Positions 62,096 through 64,000 of a DNA stretch of 64,000 bases are shown one piece after another. The number at the start of each line of letters is the position of its first letter. Within the stretch, counting starts at the first letter, position 1. Below the pieces are notes generated by a model. That model did no database searches. It saw nothing but the letters and a program-made list of their open reading frames with translations, and was not told where the DNA came from. Source of the DNA: Candidatus Dojkabacteria bacterium (GTDB lineage: Bacteria > Patescibacteriota > Dojkabacteria > SC72). Position numbers and translations under genes: made by a program. The DNA lies in assembly GCA_012513575.1 (NCBI GenBank), contig JAAZBX010000007.1:27931-91930 (forward strand). Reading direction: 5' to 3'.

Positions 62096-62363
62096 CTTAA
62101 GAATTCATAGTGAAGACCCTTGTCCTATATGAGTTCTTAAGAACTCGAAGATCATTAAAAATTTCTAAGTATATACATTGATTTTATTCGGTATGTATTT
62201 AGATCAAATAGTGTGTGATGTAAGAGAGTAGGGTATTCATTTTACTTCCTACCATCCTTTTGGGATGCATAGTGTATCTAATATTTATTGGATATAGTAT
62301 GCATTCCATTTGGATGCAAAAGCAGAGAGCTTTTTCGAAAATTATCGGCTTAAGGAGGCCAAA
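62096..62363 (+). ncRNA. Structured 5' leader of locus D
   Basis: Hairpins 62097-62141, 62164-62203, 62262-62307; second boxA-like GATCATTAAAAA near 62150; arms 62208-62221 and 62321-62329. Confidence 0.7.
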
Positions 62364-62924
62364 ATGAAAGACAATAAGAAAGATGAAAAGAAACCTAACT
62401 GGAAAGAAAAGATCAAAGAGGTCAATTGGTGGATGGTTTTGGCCATCATTGCGGTCATAGCTTTATTGCTATCGTTCGCCTATCGGGCGCAACAAGCGAA
62501 GCTAGCCGCTCCAGCAGCATCATCACAGTCCTCAGGACAAACAGGCGACCAGACAGGCATCGTTGCTGCGGCTCCCAATTGTCAAGAAATTGGCATAACT
62601 TTCGGCAAAAGCGGTTCATTCCGTTCCGTATGGGACTCGAATATGAAAACATGCGTTCTGGGAATGTGGGAAGAAGCGAGGATTTCGCCCGGAATGTCCT
62701 TGGCGGACTTGAAAATTCAAGGGGACGATTACTCGTTCCTCATGCCGTTCAAGGGATCAATTAACCATTCCGCGGACACCATTTTCGTGAACAATACAAA
62801 ATGTACCCCAGGGAACCCTGTTTCCTGTGATGGGAAAACTTCGTTCGAGAAGAACACCCCAGTACATATTGTTTCCGAACCGGGAAATGATTCCTCAGGC
62901 GTAATGCTTATTCAAAATCCATAA
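62364..62924 (+). CDS. Orphan single-TM surface protein (locus D)
   Basis: SD AAGGAGG then ATG 62364; charged N-terminus, TM, Ala/Ser/Gln linker, 4-Cys domain; visibly more GC-rich than its flanks. Confidence 0.82.
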   Translation: MKDNKKDEKKPNWKEKIKEVNWWMVLAIIAVIALLLSFAYRAQQAKLAAPAASSQSSGQTGDQTGIVAAAPNCQEIGITFGKSGSFRSVWDSNMKTCVLGMWEEARISPGMSLADLKIQGDDYSFLMPFKGSINHSADTIFVNNTKCTPGNPVSCDGKTSFEKNTPVHIVSEPGNDSSGVMLIQNP

Positions 62925-63009
62925 CAAACTCTCTGCTCCTGGGTGGGGGACAATCTTTTCTGCTTAACCGCATTAAAAATCCCCCACCCCACAAACATCA
63001 CACACTATC

Positions 63010-63081
63010 AATCTTCTAAGACTATACTGTCTTACTGATGAGTCCACATATATTTACAAATATATTGAGGACGAAAAGATT
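63010..63081 (+). ncRNA. Type III hammerhead ribozyme
   Basis: AATCTT-C (stem III 5' strand and C17), stem I TAAGAC/GTCTTA, CTGATGA core, stem II GTCC/GGAC, GAA-AAGATT (core and stem III 3' strand). Confidence 0.93.
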
Positions 63082-63097
63082 TCCAAACCTTGAAGAA

Positions 63098-63931
63098 TTA
63101 ACTAAATATTTTCCTTGAAAGTTCAAATACTTTCATAAAAAGAGTGGGAGGGAGAACACTTAAAATTCGAACCCCTACTTTTTGTATACCCCAAATCACA
63201 CTTTCTCTAAAGGTTGGTTTAATATTCAAATTCTCTATCGCCCAGTTTCTTACCTCATTTGTTTTATTAAAATGATCAACCATTTTTGCCTGGCTTTCCG
63301 TTTTAAAAGTCATTCTATACTTCAGAACCGTATCAGGAAGATTTGCAAACTCTCCTTTGGTACTAAGGGTTAAAAACAGTTTTACATCTTCAGTCTTCCA
63401 CATATCTTCTGGATACAAACCTACCTCTTCTAATGTTTTTCTCCGAAGCATTACGGCCGGATGGGCAAAGGGTTGAAACAGAAATCTGTTCCTTTTCAAT
63501 CGGGAATCCTCCAACGCATACTCCCTATGACCAATATTGTTGGATTTCTCATCGATTATGTCTATTTGACCTCCAACTGCAACACAATTGGGGTTCGTCT
63601 CCATATATTCTGCCTGCTTTCTAATTCTATCCGGGCACATTATGTCATCAGCATCCATTCGTGCGATATATTTGCCGTTTGAGCTCTTAATCCCAATGTT
63701 TATTACATTTCCCAAGCCATTCTGTTTTTCTATAGGAATTACTTTAAGGATATTGGTCTTTTTTTGATATTCATAAAGAATCCCTAAAGTATTATCCTCA
63801 CTCTTGTCGTCAACAACAATGATTTCCAAAGGAGAGTAATCTTGATTCAAACAGCTCTCAATTGACTCTTTTATATATTTCTCTCCATTGTGAACAGGTA
63901 TTATTATTGACACCAAGGGATTAGATTGCAT
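63098..63931 (-). CDS. GT2 glycosyltransferase
   Basis: VSIIIPVHN, IIVVDDKSED, YIARMDADD, HPAVM, ED. Confidence 0.92.
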   Translation of the reverse strand: MQSNPLVSIIIPVHNGEKYIKESIESCLNQDYSPLEIIVVDDKSEDNTLGILYEYQKKTNILKVIPIEKQNGLGNVINIGIKSSNGKYIARMDADDIMCPDRIRKQAEYMETNPNCVAVGGQIDIIDEKSNNIGHREYALEDSRLKRNRFLFQPFAHPAVMLRRKTLEEVGLYPEDMWKTEDVKLFLTLSTKGEFANLPDTVLKYRMTFKTESQAKMVDHFNKTNEVRNWAIENLNIKPTFRESVIWGIQKVGVRILSVLPPTLFMKVFELSRKIFS

Positions 63932-64000
63932 ATCTATTTGATTTAATTAGTTTAATTACAAAAAATACAAAGATTATGAGAATTAATGCATATCCTAAAT

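Noticed and set aside
62310-62363. TTG start at 62310 for the locus D protein, and likewise track starts at 3043, 61211, 37851 and 1132
   Set aside because: Downstream ATGs have a better SD or fit the homology; the upstream parts fall in structured leaders or neighbouring genes
62096-63008. Group I/II intron or IS interpretation of the ORF-in-a-loop structure
   Set aside because: No interrupted host gene, no recognisable P7 or domain V, and the ORF is not an RT, endonuclease or transposase
1788-63682. Many short antisense or overlapping ORFs in the track (for example 1788-2114, 20454-20909, 50755-51093, 57663-57986, 62426-62764)
   Set aside because: Shadows of well-supported genes with no motifs or initiation signals
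1-64000. CRISPR array, DGR or retron, prophage
   Set aside because: No regularly spaced repeats, reverse transcriptase, cas or phage structural genes seen

Overview
AT-rich bacterial chromosome segment with hallmarks of a CPR/Patescibacteria genome (possibly Dojkabacteria-like; inference). It carries mostly housekeeping genes (rsmI, truB, rarA, tyrS, truncated rel, recG, thrS-infC-rpmI-rplT, pheST, PBP1A, hisS, mutS, tig-clpP, rpmF-nusB-rnc-rpsP-khpA, gyrB/gyrA), a tRNA-Val(GAC), a type IV pilus locus without pilQ, two sortases with candidate substrates and two GT2 glycosyltransferases. The main unexplained signal is non-coding. Four orphan-gene loci (A 1747-2541 minus, B 2552-3064 minus, C 57560-58994 plus, D 62028-63081 plus) share an rRNA-precursor-like frame: sigma70 promoter (A, C and D share ACCTATAGTATAAT), a boxA-like motif, a 5' arm perfectly complementary (9-14 nt) to a 3' arm after the stop codon, and a strong Shine-Dalgarno. 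The C and D arms covary. Locus D ends in a complete type III hammerhead ribozyme (63010-63081). Many housekeeping genes instead look leaderless and lack SD motifs. All calls were made by eye from the sequence and the ORF track; no searches or folding programs were run.
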